From Leucoraja erinacea (Eukaryota): DNA of 64,000 nucleotides. This document shows positions 49,063 through 63,227 of the stretch, one piece after another. The notes below the pieces were generated by a model. The model did no database searches. It saw nothing but the letters and a program-made list of their open reading frames with translations, and was not told the origin of the DNA. The translations under genes were made by a program, and so were the position numbers. The stretch is taken from positions 13,082,001 to 13,146,000 of the forward strand of contig NC_073397.1 in the NCBI RefSeq assembly GCF_028641065.1, given 5' to 3'. The first letter of the stretch is position 1. Each line of letters opens with the position of its first letter.

Positions 49063-50664
49063 AAGGCACTTTTACAATTGTACATACTCCACGTATGACT
49101 GGCCTGGCTCAGCATTGTAAATTAGATATTGGTTACTGTATTAATATCAATTTTTCTTGACCAATGTTCTGCCTTATCTATTCAATCTAACACTGTCTGT
49201 GTGGGAAAGAACTGAAGATGCTGGTTTACACCGAAGATAGACACAAAATGCTGGAGTAACTCAGTGGTAACATTACAGATATACATAATTTCTGAGCCAG
49301 AAGGGTCGCGACCCAAAATATCACCTATTCCTTCTCTCCAGAGATGGTGCCTGGCCCGCTGAGTTACTCCAGCATTTTATGCCTATCTAGCACTGCCTTC
49401 TTCACTCAATATTTTGTCATCACTGACTTACTCCAACTTCCTGTTCCTCCATGGATTAAATACAAAATGTATATTTGTAATGTTACCAAAAAATCCCCAA
49501 ACCTCTCTGCAATTTGCTCTCCTTCGGAAAATGTCCCTCAGGCCCGCACTTACCACAAACCAATCGCCCACCTCTGCTAAACCTTCTGTTCGGGTCCAGT
49601 TGACTATTTTGCCAATTATAAAGTACCTTTAAACTTTTATATAACATTAAATGTGACTGAGGGCCATTGCCCCCGTGTGTGGGTGTTGAATCAGACACAA
49701 TTAAACGCAAAAATGTCAATTAAAAAATGATCAAAATGTTTAACTTGAATATGTAATTAGATGATAATGGTCTAAATCTGTACGTTTTTGCACGTGAAAA
49801 TTGAATCACATTACTGGTTTCTAATGGTATAATTGTGATAAATTATTATTTGTATTTGTGATAGCATTATGCTTAATGTGATAATAAATTATGTTAATTA
49901 TTATGGTTGTTACCTAATTTTCATAAGTGTGGAAATTAATGTGTGTTTACATGTAAACACGTATGTAAATACGCAGGCCTACATTTGCATATAATTGAAT
50001 ATCCAGTCCCAACATGTTCTCCACAACATATGGGTTCTGGCATTTTGAATATACAAAGAATTGACTTTGAATTCTTCCCTGTAACCTCGCAAATCTCAAT
50101 TTAAACAAAAAGCACATGGGAATTTCTGAAGTCAAACTACAATATTTTTCATGTCTTCTAAGCGTTGAACTTTGTCCGTTGCAAGCAAGCATTTATGTTG
50201 TTTGTGATGTCAGCATTATAAGTTCGGAGCCAGGTTGTATATCTGCATTATCTGAGCATTGTTTATTGCTACCTTTTTTCTGTTTCATAATGGGTATTGC
50301 ATGTTTTGATGTAAGTCTTGGCAGAAAGGTCAATAAACAGAGGAGACAGATTTAAGCTACAGTAATTGGCAAAAGCACCAGAGGGTAAATGAGGGGGATT
50401 CTGTACAGGCTGCGTGATGTTATGATCTGGAAAGCACTGCCTGGTGGAAGCAGACTGAATGAACATAAATTTTCATAGGGGAATTGGTTAGATACTTGGA
50501 AAGCGATGTTGCATTGCTGTAAAAAGCAAGACTAATTGGACAGCTCTTTCAAAGAGCCAGCGCAGGCACAATGTGAAAATTGGCAGTCTCCTATTCTGCA
50601 AATCTCTATGCATCATGCATGGCACTACATTGACCGCTGCATCGGGGCTAATTACTGCACGTGC

Positions 50665-51270
50665 AATGGCACCATGGCACAGTGGTAGAGTTGCTGCCTT
50701 ACAGCACCAGAGGCCCCGGTTTAATCCTGACCTTGGGTCCTGCCTGTACGGAGTTTATACATTCTCCCCATGACTGTGTGGGTTTTCTCCAGGCGCTCCG
50801 GTTTTCTACCACACTCCAAAGATGTAAAATTTGTAGGTTAATTGGCTTTGGTAAAATTATAAATTGTTCCTAGTGTATAGGATGGTGCTAGTGTACGGGG
50901 TGATCGCTGGTCGGCACGGACTCGGTGGGCTGAAGGGACTGTTTCCCTGCTGTATCTCTAAACTAAACTAAACTAATCTAAACTCATGGACGTTATTAAC
51001 TTCACCACTAACTTTCACTCTGCCTTCAAATTCTTTTTATGAAAGAGGGTGGTGGGTGTATGGAACAAGCTGCCAGAGTAGGTAGTTGAAGCTGGGACTA
51101 TCCCAATGTTTAAGAAACAGTTATACAGGTACATGGATAGGACAGGTTTGGAGGAATACAGACAAAATGCAGGCAGGCGGGACTAGTGTGGCTGGGTGGT
51201 GGTTGGCCGGTGTGGGCAAGTTGGGCTGAAGGGCCTGTTTCCACCCTGTTTCATTCTATGACTATGAATC
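50665..51270 (+). mobile_element. HE1 SINE (50665-50983) and CR1 3' fragment (51030-51270)
   Basis: Both end in the shared gggctgaaggg(a/c)ctgtttcc tail. Confidence 0.85.
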
Positions 51271-53081
51271 TAATTCTATACAAAATTACAAGGCCAGTGT
51301 GTGGTGACTCTTTGCATGCCGGTCCCAGGAAAGGTTCTACTATCATCCAATACAATCATTTCACTCTTCAAAATCTATATTCCACTGTATAATCTGCAGT
51401 GGAGTCTGAAGAAGAGTCTCGACTTGAAACATCACCTATTCCTTTTCTCCAGAGATGCTGCCTGACCCGCTGAGTTACTCCAGCATTTTGTGTCTGTCTT
51501 CCTATACATACATAATCTGCACTCTGTTCTTTTTCTTTTTCTGTTGCATTAAGACAGGCCTTGATTTTAATCATGTACTGTATAGTATGATCTGATAGCA
51601 CGCAAACAAACGCTTTTCACTTTACCTTGGTGCACGTGATAATAGTAAACCAATACCAATACCATAAGCTGTTATTACATTTAGCAGATGATTATGCACA
51701 AAATCCAACCGGACAGGCATCATACTCTTCCATGATACACAGCTTAATCACGTTATTTTTTATAGTTAATACATAGCATGTTAATGGCAACGAAGGGTTA
51801 ACCTGCTGTCATTCTTGTGTTCCAGAATTTTGGTATCAATATGTCTAGTTACCTGAATTTTCTTTCAAATGGATCACAGTTCCCCTGTCTGCAACATTTC
51901 AACAGCCTCCATATATCTTCATTGGCGATATTGGCTCAATAGTTGAATTTATTCTTTGAAAACTCAGTTGGAAGTGCAGAGTTGGGCAGAATGGAATGAG
52001 ATTTGTGCATGAACTTTGCAAAGCATTTTGAATAATTCCCTGATGCAGTGATAATGCTTTATGTAAACTGGATTGAAATGCGGACATCAATGTAGCAGTC
52101 GCCTTTGTTTTGCCTCAGTGTAGAATCTGCCAAGGGAAAGCTCTTTAGGGAGTGCTTTGTCAAAGACGAGACTTCTTCTCCTGAGTCGTTAGATTGTTCA
52201 AATCTCTCTCCCTGGAGAGGAGGTGTCTGATTGAAGTGTTAACCTGGTGGCAGGAATTGATTTCGAAATCCTATTGGAGAACCCAAATTGGACCTGAGAC
52301 TGCAAAGCCAAATATTAGGGGGATGGCAATAAGCAGTGGCCTTACTGTAGGGATTGCAGTAAATTTAAAACAAGTATTACATCCATCCAGGCCATGTTGC
52401 ACATGAACATGTGACACTGCTGTTGGGATGCCTAGTTCCTATATCCCCTTTAGCCTTAGAAATGTGGAATTATAGACTCCATTGATTAGCTCGTTGGGTG
52501 TGTAGACTGCAGAATGTCTCCTCTGGAATGTACTACACCGCTGCATATTTCATCCAACCTACAACTTAACATGTCTAATGAGGTCCAGAGTTGTACACGG
52601 ACTTTCTGTGATTATGTTTACCCTTGCCGTCTGCTTGGCTGTGGGACAAAGTTAGTTGCTAAAAGTCTAATACAATGAGTTTGCAAACTTTTGCATTGGA
52701 TTAAGAGATATTGTCAGATATCCATCATACCAGGTTATTGATGGCAAAAGCAGACATAATACCCTTTCCACGGTATCAAATCCCCCCCTGCTTCAACATT
52801 TCAAAGCACATGAAATCTCATTTGCAAGGTATGCATAAAGATTTAAGTGGTGGTTTCCAAAATTAGTCCTTGGTACTTGATTACAAGATGGTTCTTTGTT
52901 TACAGCCCATGAGTTATAGTATTTAATGCACAATCCAAGATACTCCTGATTTCTCTGATGGCACTTCCCTGGTTTTCTATCTACTCTGGTCCTGCATCTT
53001 CCTGAATGATGCTGTCGCTTACTTTGTGCCCTGTTCTCATATCATTGGTTAGGTTTCCTTTCCCTAAAAAGTAATATAGGC

Positions 53082-53622
53082 ATAGAAACATAGAAAATAA
53101 GTGCAGGAATAGGCCATTCGGCCCTTTGAGCCCTCACCGTCATCCAGTGAATATAAGCCCAGTCGATCCTATGTCAGTCCTGCCATCCCGGGAATTAACC
53201 TGGTGAGCTACGCTGCGCTCCCTCAATAGCAAGAATGTCCTTCCTCAAATTAGGAGACCAAAACTACACACAATACTCCAGGTGCGGTCTCACCAGGGCC
53301 CTGTACAACTGCAGTAGGACCTCCTTGATCCTATTATGGCGGGCGAATAAGCAAGCCACCCATGGTGAAACAAAGAGATCTTTATTAGCACAGTAAAGAG
53401 ATCAGCACACACGCAAATGGGGGAAGGTTAACCCGGGGTTCATGATATATACCAGGGCACACCCCTAAACCCGTGACGACTCCTTCCCGCCAAACCCAGT
53501 CAGGTGACCCTGCCCCGACTGCCGAGGGTTCACCCAGTAAGTGGCCTAAGTAGGTAGCGCCACACTATACCCAAATCCTTTTGCTATGATGGCAAACATG
53601 CCTTTAGCTTTCTTCACTGCCT
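53082..53622 (-). mobile_element. Internally deleted antisense CR1 fragment hosting a solo LTR
   Basis: (CATAGAAA)n tail; caatactccaggtgcggtctcaccaggg is antisense LVRPHLEYC. Confidence 0.85.
53335..53564 (-). mobile_element. Solo LTR (230 bp, 4-bp TSD; Gypsy-like)
   Basis: Termini TATGGCG...CGCCACA (decayed TG..CA inverted repeat). TSD CTAT at 53331-53334 and 53565-53568. Minus-strand TATATA (53446-53451) lies upstream of AATAAA (53381-53386). CR1 host rejoins cleanly. Confidence 0.85.
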
Positions 53623-53651
53623 AGGTGAGATTATACATTAAGATGTTTTAA

Positions 53652-54550
53652 TGGCCTGTCCTACTGCAGCGACCTAATTGGTGAGTTTAGAAGAGTTTGC
53701 CCTCGACACGATGTCCTAGGAGGTCTTTGTAACTTCCTTCATGCTCGGGAGTAGTCCCCGCATACTCGTGGCCTCAGCTAGGTCACGTCGTCTTTTCAAA
53801 ATGCTGAAAAATGCCCACAAGCAAAAAAAAGGTTGCCATGGAAATAATCAATATTTTTTTACTCGTAGGTTTAGTCGAGGTAGGTCGTAGTAGGTCGTAA
53901 TGCTATTGTAGGCAATCAAAGGCAATCGGAGGCAGTTGAAGGTAAAGCTCTTTGTGAAACAAAAGGTAAGTAAACCGACTGGTAATGAATGTTAAATGCC
54001 TGCTAAACTTTATTAAAAGTTGTCTGGCTTCTTAAAAGTGTCTCCACTCCTCCTCCCCACTTCTCCCCCCTTCTCCCCCTTCTCCCCCCCTTCTCCCCCT
54101 TTCTCCCCCCCTTCTCCCCCCTCCCCCCCTTCTCCCCCCTTCTCTCCCCCTTCTCTCCCCTTCCCCCCTCCCTTCTCTCCCCCCTTCTCTCCCCTTCTCC
54201 CCCCTTTCTCCCCCCTTCTTCTTCTTCCCTTCTTCTCTCCCCTTCTCTTCCCTTCTCTCCTCTTCTCTCCCCTTCTCTCCCCTTCTCTCCCCTTCTCTCT
54301 CCCCTTCTCTTCCCATCTCTCTCCCCCTCTCCCCCCCCCCCCCCCCCCTTCCCCCCACCCCCCCCCCCTGCCCCCCACCCCTGTCCGTGCTCCCTAAAGG
54401 ACTTACCATAACTGTGCCAGCCATCTTTTACCTTCCTGTTCATCATGGGTGTGAATTTCAAACAACGCTCTCCCGCTTTCCTTGGCCCCGCCTTTGCGAT
54501 ATGTTTGTGGTTTGTGTGTGTGCAAAAGTCGCGTTAGTGGGACAGGCCCT
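53652..54550. mobile_element. PIF/Harbinger-type MITE with internal polypyrimidine expansion
   Basis: TIRs TGGCCTGTCCTACT / AGTGGGACAGGCCCT. Left part collinear with 8633-8900. Confidence 0.8.
54045..54385. repeat. ~340-bp C/T low-complexity tract ((CCCCTTCT)n-like)
   Basis: Almost pure pyrimidine on the + strand. Confidence 0.95.
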
Positions 54551-54647
54551 TGAGTATCAGAGCTACTGTTAAATTAGTGGTGAGAAGGTTAGATCTTATA
54601 AACGACACTAGATTTTGTGATGATAAATAGTTTTAATCCAACTGTGT

Positions 54648-56590
54648 TATAGTGTCATACAGCATGGATAGAGGCCCTTTGACCCAAATAGCCCAAGCCG
54701 ACCAACATGCCCCATCTACACTCATCCCACCTGCCTGTGTTTGGTCCAAATTCCTCTAAACCCAGTCTTTCCATGTACCTGTCTAAATGTTTCTTAAATG
54801 TTGCAATGGTACCTGGCTCAACTACTTCCTCAAGCAGCTCGTTCCATACGCCCACCACCCTTTGTGTAAAAAAGTTACCCCTCAGGTCCCTATTAAATCA
54901 TTCCCCGCTCACCTTAAACCTATGGTTCTCCTTTCCCCTACTCTGGGCAAAAGACTCTGTGCATTTACCTGATCTACTCCTCTCATAATCTGCACATATT
55001 TGCCCCGTATCGTTCTACATCTTTCCTATCCATGTACCTGTCCATGTGTCTTTTAAACTTGGACTCTCTATATCCTATCAGTGCTCTCAGCAATTCACCA
55101 GATACAATTGATCTCTGATAATCTGATGTCAAAATTGAGTTGAAGGAATCATATCAGTTTCAGGTATGGATTGCAAATACGGTTTTGGATTGACTATTGA
55201 AAATAGTACTTGAAATAAATACAGATTCAAATAAATATTGTCTTTGAGAGCAGAGATGAGCAAATGTAATATCAAGATCAAGATTCAAGATCAAGATTCA
55301 ATTTATTTGTCATATAAATACTGCAAAGTATGCAAAAACAATATGTTTTGAAAGTTGATGTTTTTCCTGATTATTTTTTGCATTTTAATGAATACTGCAC
55401 TGAATAAATAACTTAATTGTTACTAAGATACAGAGCGCTGGGGTAGCTCAGCAGGTCAGGCAGCATCTCAGGAGTTTATGGATAGGCGACGTTTTGGGTT
55501 GGAATCCTTCTTCAGCCTCCAGACTTGCCAACTCAAAATGTTCCCTATCCATGTTCTCCAGAGATGTTGCCTGACCCGCTAAGCTACTCCAGCACTGTGT
55601 CTTTTTGTAAACCAGCATCTGCAGTTCCTTGTTTCTTCTTGAATTTGGATCCTTTGGTTGGCCGTGTGAAATTCAACCAAGCTACTAAAATGAATTCAGT
55701 TTCGTAAAGAAACATACACTTGGTTAATAATCTAAACTTTTGTTGTAAATGTGGAACATAATACCATGGGGAGTGGTGAAATTATTTAAGAAAGGGTGGG
55801 GGTGGGGGGTTTACAAGATAGGGAGGGGGATATATGTTTGTATGGAATATAAATACTGCAAATTATGCAAAAACAAATAGTCATTCCGGGTGAAATATTG
55901 ACCACAGAACACAGATCCTACAGCACAGGAACAGACTCTTTGGCCCACAATGTCTGTGCCAAACATGATGCCAAGATAATCTAATCACACCTGCCTGTGT
56001 ACGATCCATATCCATCCATTCTCAGCATATCCATGCCTCCCCGAAGCCTCTTAAATGCCTCTATCGTATCTGCCTCCATCACCACCCACGGCATTGCATT
56101 CCAAGAACCCCACCACCCTTGGTGTAAAAAAAATGCCCTGCACCTCTCCTTTAAACTTTGCCCCTCTTATCTTAAAACCGTACTTTCCGCCTGCGAAAAA
56201 GGTTCTGACATTCTACCCTGTCAAGTACTCTCGTAATTTTATATACCGTTGCCAGGTCTCCCCTCAACATCTGGCATTCCAGAGAAAACAATCCAAGTTT
56301 CTCCAACTTCCTTGGAGCTAATACTGCCTAATCCAGGCGGTATTCTGGTAAATCTCGTCTCCACCCTCTCCAAAGCCTTCCTGTAATCGGGTGACTAGAA
56401 TTGCACACAATACTCCAAATGCAGAAGGGTCTCCACCCGAAAGGTCACCTATTCCTTTTCACCAGGGATGCCATCTGACCTGCTGAATTACTCCAGCTTT
56501 TTGCATCCATCTGCGGCCTAATCAAAGTTTTACAGAGCTGCAACGTGACTTTCCGACTCTTATACTCAATGCTCTAACTCTTGTATTCAA
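54648..56590 (-). mobile_element. Antisense CR1 fragments (54648-55060, 55903-56590) with Penelope-linked repeats (55425-55640, 56423-56515)
   Basis: Recurrent CR1 and gatgttgcctgacccgct motifs. Confidence 0.75.
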
Positions 56591-58582
56591 TGCCAAATTA
56601 AATGGACGATGTTGCATTCAGAGATTGAAATTACACAGAGTGGCAAAAGCTATAATTACAGTGGATATCACATGCTGAAATTTGATACCACATGGGAAAT
56701 ATTTAATGTCTTATAGGTTTGGCTGTGATATCTGCACTCTTGACACAAGCAACCGATCTGCTTGGCACCTTGTTAAAAATTATTTTCTAATCTGTAGCTA
56801 CTTCCGATGGATTCCATGACATAACTACAGCCAAAAACATACTAAATGGGATCAGTAGAAATGACTTTCTATTTCTTAAATGTGTTCAGGCTTGCTATTT
56901 TCTGAATGGACTATACTTATGCAAGCAGTGCACTCCCAAGGTATACTGAAGGGTACAGTTGTGATAAAAATCCATTCATCGTCAACCTTTAATCTTTGTT
57001 CATTTCCACTAAGCTCTGCAAATTGCCTCCGACAAGATCAGTTTCTGCTTCAGGATGAAGTTTTCCATCAACAAAGGTGAAAGCAAACCCCTGAGGGACC
57101 AGTCTGTGCGATGAAAGGTAAATGAAAAAAAAAATAATCCAGTCTGTTGCTTTGATAGGACTGAAGAGGAAGGAAGATGGGAAGAGTGCATGATGGTTTA
57201 TAATTCAACTGACAGAACACTGATATAGGAAGTGTCTCGGTCCTCGTTTAGCATAGACAACTAGAACAGAGCGAGTCACATCTCCTGCAGAGGAAACGGC
57301 TGCAGGAAGCCCCAACAGCCTTTGCATCCTGTTCCTGTCATTCTCAGGGAGATTCATCACTTGCTATAATATATACAGTATGTTCAATTGCTGCCCTATT
57401 CATCTCAGAATAGAACAATGGGCATCAGCCAGAATATCTGACATGTTTGTTAAACTTTGTAACCTTTCCCAGCATGTAAATTTTCCCAAAGCAAATATTC
57501 AATCACTTCTAAATTGGCATCCTATATTAGTGACTATCTTCCAGTTATATTCTGTTTTCAACGTTATTCGTTAAAGGAGAGACACCATCCAATGAACTTC
57601 ACGATTCTGACAATAGAAATAAATTATTTAGACTCCAACGCGGTGAATTGAATAAGGCTTTGTTCAAGACAAATGTTGTTGGATTTTCCCAATTGTAATT
57701 AAATATTTACAGGGCCTCAGAAGTAATTGTCTCCGATCTCATTGAGGGGTCTCCATGTTGTGCGTAGTGGCTAAGGATGTTATTCAAAAGCAAAAGTAAT
57801 GTTTCAGGTATTCAGAGAAAATCTTAAGCTAACAGAATGCCTACACTATTGGTTGGGGTTGGGGTGAGGTGGGGGGAGTGTGGGGAGGGGGAGGGGTGGC
57901 AGAGAGCTGTGAAGGTTGAGTTCCTAAATACAGATAAACCTGACTTACACGCATTGCTGGGCTATAGCGGAGTTAAAAGGTATGGCGACGAGAAAGTGGA
58001 GCCTGAGGCAGAGTAGGTATGCTAGAGTAGGCGTTGTTGGAAAAATTTAGCTATTAATATTGGTACAGAAAAAGATTTATGAGACTAACTCCTGCTGTTA
58101 AGTGCAATTTACGGTTCAATAGGGAACTAAATATATATAGTATATGGCGAGGAAAAGGTTGCAATAATTGTGGGGTAGAACTATTGAGTTCCAAGGGTGG
58201 CACAAAGGCTCAACAATAAAGTTGCTGCCTTACAGTGCCGGAGACGTGGTTTTGATCCTGGCTGTCTGCATAGAGTTTGTACATTCACCCTATGACCGCA
58301 TAGGTTTTCTCCAGCTAGTGCAGACATGACGGGCCAGATGTTTACTGTAACCGTTCTATGCTTCCATCACATGCTCTTCCTCCATTAGTTGCACAGTGGT
58401 ATTATCATGAATTGGTTCTGTTCTTACTTATTTGATCGCAGCCAATACATTTCCCATGACATGTTCCCTTCCTGCTTGAAGTCCATCCATCCTTAGTTCT
58501 CTCATCATGTACTGATCCTTGGCAACATTCTTCACATGCAAGAGGGTTATCATCTACCTGACAATAGCCATCTCCAGCTTGC

Positions 58583-59600
58583 CTGAATCTGTGGAATTCC
58601 TTACCACAGCCGGCTGTAGAGGCCAAGTCATTGGTTATCTTTAAGGCAGAGCTCGACAGGTTCTTGATTAGTAAGGATGTCAAAGGTCACACGGAGAAGG
58701 CAGGAAAATGGGGTTGTGAGAGAAAGATAGATCAGACATGGTTGAATGGCAGAGTAGCCTTGATGGGCCGAATGGCCTGATTCTTTTCCTATACCTTACG
58801 GACAGGAACTGCTACAGGTGTACTGTAGAGAACATACTGACTGGTTGCATCAATGTCAGGTTCAACAACTCAAAGAATGAAAAAGGCTACAGTGTGTGGT
58901 AGGCATTGCCAGGTCCATCACAGGTACTGACCTCCTCACCATCGAAGGGATCTATAGAAGGCACTGCCTCTGAGAGGTAGCCCAAGTCATCAAATACCAA
59001 CACCTCCTTGGCCTCGCTCTCATTTCACTTCTACCATCAGGAGGAAGTAACATGGGCCTGACAACTGTGACTCTCAGGCTCAAGAACAGCTTTTTTTCCA
59101 GCAACCATCAGGCTCTTGAACATAGGACAACACTTACCACTACCTCAGCATTTATGATCTTCTATGGACTGTGTCTTTGGTTGCAATCCAGACTTTTGTA
59201 TTGTACTACTATAGTTAACTTGTATTAATATTGATTGATTGTATAACTGACTATGATATATTTGTCTGTGTGTTACTGCATTATTGGTCCTGTTAAGTTG
59301 CAGCAAGTAACAATTTAATTGTTCCATTGCCGGTACATATGGCAAGTAGACGCACCTTTAGAATGGCGATGAGGATGAATTTATTTATTAATTGCCACAG
59401 ACCGCTGTGGAGGCCAAGTCTGTGGGTATTTTTAAAGCGGAGCTTGACAGATACTTGATTAGTACGGGTGTCAAGGTTTATGTGGAGAAGGCGGGGAATG
59501 GGGTTGAGAGGGAAAGATAGATCAGCCATGATTGAATGGCAGAGTAGACTCTATGGGCCGAATGGCCTGATTCTTTTCCTATGACCTATGAACTTACGAC
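58583..59600 (+). mobile_element. CR1 3' fragment, Rex1/Babar remnant (58820-59345), CR1 3' fragment
   Basis: gtagagaacatactgactggttgcatc (ENILTGCI); ccatcaggaggaag...aggctcaagaacagc; flanking CR1 UTR motifs. Confidence 0.8.
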
Positions 59601-60789
59601 CACTCTTGACTCTCTTGTCTCTTAACAGGTATACATGAATGCATATCTAGATCAATTAAGATCTCTAGATATTAGTCAATTAAATTAGGTATGACCAGTG
59701 AATTACTCATTGTAGTTGTGCAAATTTAAAATAGAAGTGTTGGCATTGGTATATCCCAGATTAAACAATCCTTATTGATGGCATGTAGGCGTAAGAACAT
59801 GCTGCCTATTCAATTCAGTTTATGTTTGCTCAATGTATGATGCAGCTATGTGAATAGGTTTGTCTGTTTAAAAGAGCAAGCAATTGTCTGATTATACATC
59901 GTACACCATATTCTAAAATGAGTTGAACGGATTGATCAGATTTCCCAGCCTGGGGTGCCTGATCTAATCTGATAAATGCTTTTTGTTCGTCCTTTTTATC
60001 TCTTTAGTCCACGTATTCATGAGCAATAGCCTCCCTCCTTCTCCGAGGATTAGCAATCCTTGACAAGTGAATAGAACTTATGTTGCACCTGACTCAGGCT
60101 GACATGTTTGATATATAACACACTCTGGTATTAATTGGAGCAGTTGCTTCTTGTCTAACAGAATCATCAGAATTACAAAAATAAATTGAAGTTGAATGTA
60201 ATTTCAGCTCACTCTTCTTTGATAGCATCTAAATGTTCTCTCCCTAAAGAGAGAGTAACTCAATCACAGGGAAGTGATAACTGCATTACGCTCTTCCTTA
60301 GCCTACCTAAAATTGCTTTGTATTCTATATTGTGAACATGGCTCTCAAGTGTAGCAGTGGGAGTTGCGAAACACAGTTTAGGGTTTTTCATAAATAGCTT
60401 CCTGCATAGAAAACACTTCAGGCTGTTAGAAATTGCCTCTTTTGTGTACTGACTGCCTGTTCTGCTGTCAGGTAGGGATGCACAGAGCATGCAGCACTGC
60501 ACGAAGGAATTAATCACTAGAGGCTACAGCTGGTTCTAAACCCAAGTACGCTCAAATGATGCGGTCACACTTGGCTGGGATCAAATGGACTTTCTGGCAT
60601 CGGGTCACGTTGTGATACAGGATAGATTGAGTCAATGCAGTCTCCGGCATTGGGCTGTTTCGTAACGTGTATCGGAATTAGAGGGCCAACTGTGTAATTC
60701 TGCAGGGCAGATGAACCTTTTCCTGCACCTTTGGTTGCTTTTCCGTGCAGTTTCTGAATTGGTCTCCTAGACAGGATAGCTTTTTATTT

Positions 60790-61555
60790 TGTGTAAAAAG
60801 AAACTGCAGATGCTGGTTTACACTGAAAATAGGCACAAAATGCCTCCCTCCCGCCTCCTCCCCTCCCCCCCCCCCCCCCCCCAATCTTTGCACATCCCCC
60901 AATCCTTTCCACTCGTCACTCTTAATTTCATGTTTCATGTATTTTGTGTTTTTATGACTGTTGGCAGATCAATTTCCCTCCTGGGATAAATAAAGTTCTA
61001 TCATATCGTATCGTATCAAGTAACTCAGCGGGCCAGGCAGCATCTCTGGAGAAAAGGAATAGGTGACGTTTCGAGTCAAGACTTCCCATACTTCTAGTTT
61101 CCCTCTCCCCTGACTCTTGGTCTGAAGAAGGGTCTTGACCCGAAACATCAGCTATTCCTTTTCTCCAGAGATGCTCTCTGTCCCGCTGAGTTATTCCAGC
61201 ATATTGTGTCTATCTAGCTTTGTATCTTGTTAACTTTGGAGGAGCATTAGTATTGATCCCAGTAAAGGAAGGGAATAGACTTCTTCCATGTCAGTGTACT
61301 GTACCAGAGCATGAGGGACTTGCATCTTTTGTGAATTATTAACAATGCTGACTTTCAAATGTACAGGTTCAGAATAAACAATTATCATTTGATGTCTTTG
61401 AGATGTTAGAGTTCAAGAGAATCCCATAGAGAAAGACCATTCAAATAGTATATGAGTCTGAAGGAGGGTCTCGACCCGAAACGTCACCTATTCCTTCACT
61501 CCGTAGATGCTGCCTCACCCACTGCGTTTCTCCAGCTTTTTTGTTTACCTTCAGA
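60790..61555. mobile_element. Penelope-linked repeats, including a fold-back (61020-61215) and a + strand copy (61453-61555)
   Basis: ggtCTGAAGAagggtcttgacccGAAAcatcagc; agtCTGAAGGagggtctcgacccGAAAcgtcacc. Confidence 0.8.
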
Positions 61556-62075
61556 TAGTATCATATCAGTTTATCTGAGTTTGACGTTTCCATCTAAGGT
61601 GTTCAGACACTGCACATTATTAAGCATTAACACTACAGAGAGGCAGTCACTGTGGTGATAACAAGCTCCAGTCTCTTCTTTCCTCTTGTACCATTCAACA
61701 CTCTAGAACATAAAGCACATTCCCAACAACTAAGTTGGTTGTCTTTTAGTTGTTAAGGAATCGCTCTTTTCACATCTGATGGAAAATCAAACAAATCTCT
61801 CAACCATAACAGCACAATGATCGGAATGAACTGCAGCTTCAAGGAACTGCCAATCTGTCTTGTATGACACTGATCTGTAGGCCTTACTTGCAGTGCATGA
61901 AATTTCTCTCATATCACAGCCACAACAAAATGTATTTTCTTGTCATGGTTCTTCAATGTGTGACTGCGCTGATAAACTAGTCTAGCCTCTGCTAAATGTC
62001 CATGAATTATCACAGGAAAGAATTCATTTCATCACTGAACAACTTATGATGACATCAATGTATGTTATTCACATA

Positions 62076-62780
62076 GGGCGGCAAGGTAGTGCTGCGGTAG
62101 AGTTACTGCCTTACTGCGCCAGAGGCCCGGGTTCGATCCTGACTATGGGTACTGTCTGTATGAAGTTTATACGTTCTCCCTGTGACCTACGTGGATTTAA
62201 CCTGGGATCTCCAGTTTCCTCTCATTGGCTTCAGTAAATTTGTAAAATGTCCCTATTGTGTGAAGGATAGTATTATATGCGGGAATCGCAGGTAGGCGTG
62301 GACGTGGTGGGCTGAAGGGCCTGTTTCTGTGCTGTATCTCTAAACTAATCTAAAGTAAACTAAACTAAACTAAACTTAAACTACATTATGGAAACCTCAC
62401 TATTACCAGAATGAATTTGAGGTAAATAATATATGGTAAATATATGATTTTTTGTCACCAATTATTTGTTTGGGGGAGTCCAGAACAAGGGGTCACAGTT
62501 TAAGTATAAGGGGTTTAGGACTGAGATGAGGAAAAAGCTTTTAACCAAGAGAGTTGTGAATCTGTGGAATTCTCTGCCACAGAAGGCAGTGGAGGCCAAC
62601 ACTGGATGTTTTCAAGAGAGAGTTAGATTTAGCTCTTGGGGGTAAATGAATCAAGGGATAGGGTAAAAAGCAGGAATGGGGTACTGATTTTAGATGATCA
62701 GCCATGATCATATTGAATGGCGGTACAGGCTCGAATGGCTGAATGGCCAACTTCTGTACCTATTTTCCATGTTTCAATGT
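62076..62780 (+). mobile_element. HE1 SINE (62076-62380) and CR1 3' fragment (62470-62780)
   Basis: Standard motifs as in the other copies. Confidence 0.85.
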
Positions 62781-63227
62781 GTCTCTGTAAAATGCTTTAA
62801 AATCATATTCTGTACACTAGTATATTTCTATTTGCATCATCTATTATACTTGTGTATAACTTGATTGTAATCAAGTCATCAAGTTTTGTACTCAGTTATA
62901 GTATGATTTAATTTGACTAAATACCCACAAACAAAAACTTTTCACTGTCTCTCGGTAGAGATGACAATAATAAACTAATACCAATACCAATGTTGGGATA
63001 GTTTAGAGTGAATGGAAACACTGGCCTACAGAATCCATGATGACCCATCAATTGCTTGTTCACAATAGTGCTATGTTATCACACTTTTGCATTCACTTCC
63101 TAAAAGGCCATATCTTAAGGAGTGTTTATATCTGAAAGGGTCTCGAGATGCTGGAGTAACTCAGGAGGATGATTACAAAGAAGGGGAAGGTCAAGGAGAA
63201 ATCTGAAAAAAAGTATGGGAATTTTGG

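Noticed and set aside
54003-54461. Gly/Glu/Arg-rich and Pro/Ser-rich ORFs on both strands
   Set aside because: Artefacts of a stop-free C/T low-complexity tract inside a MITE.
57850-57900. G-quadruplex-capable G-rich run
   Set aside because: Short low-complexity tract with no supporting context; similar runs are common in the window.
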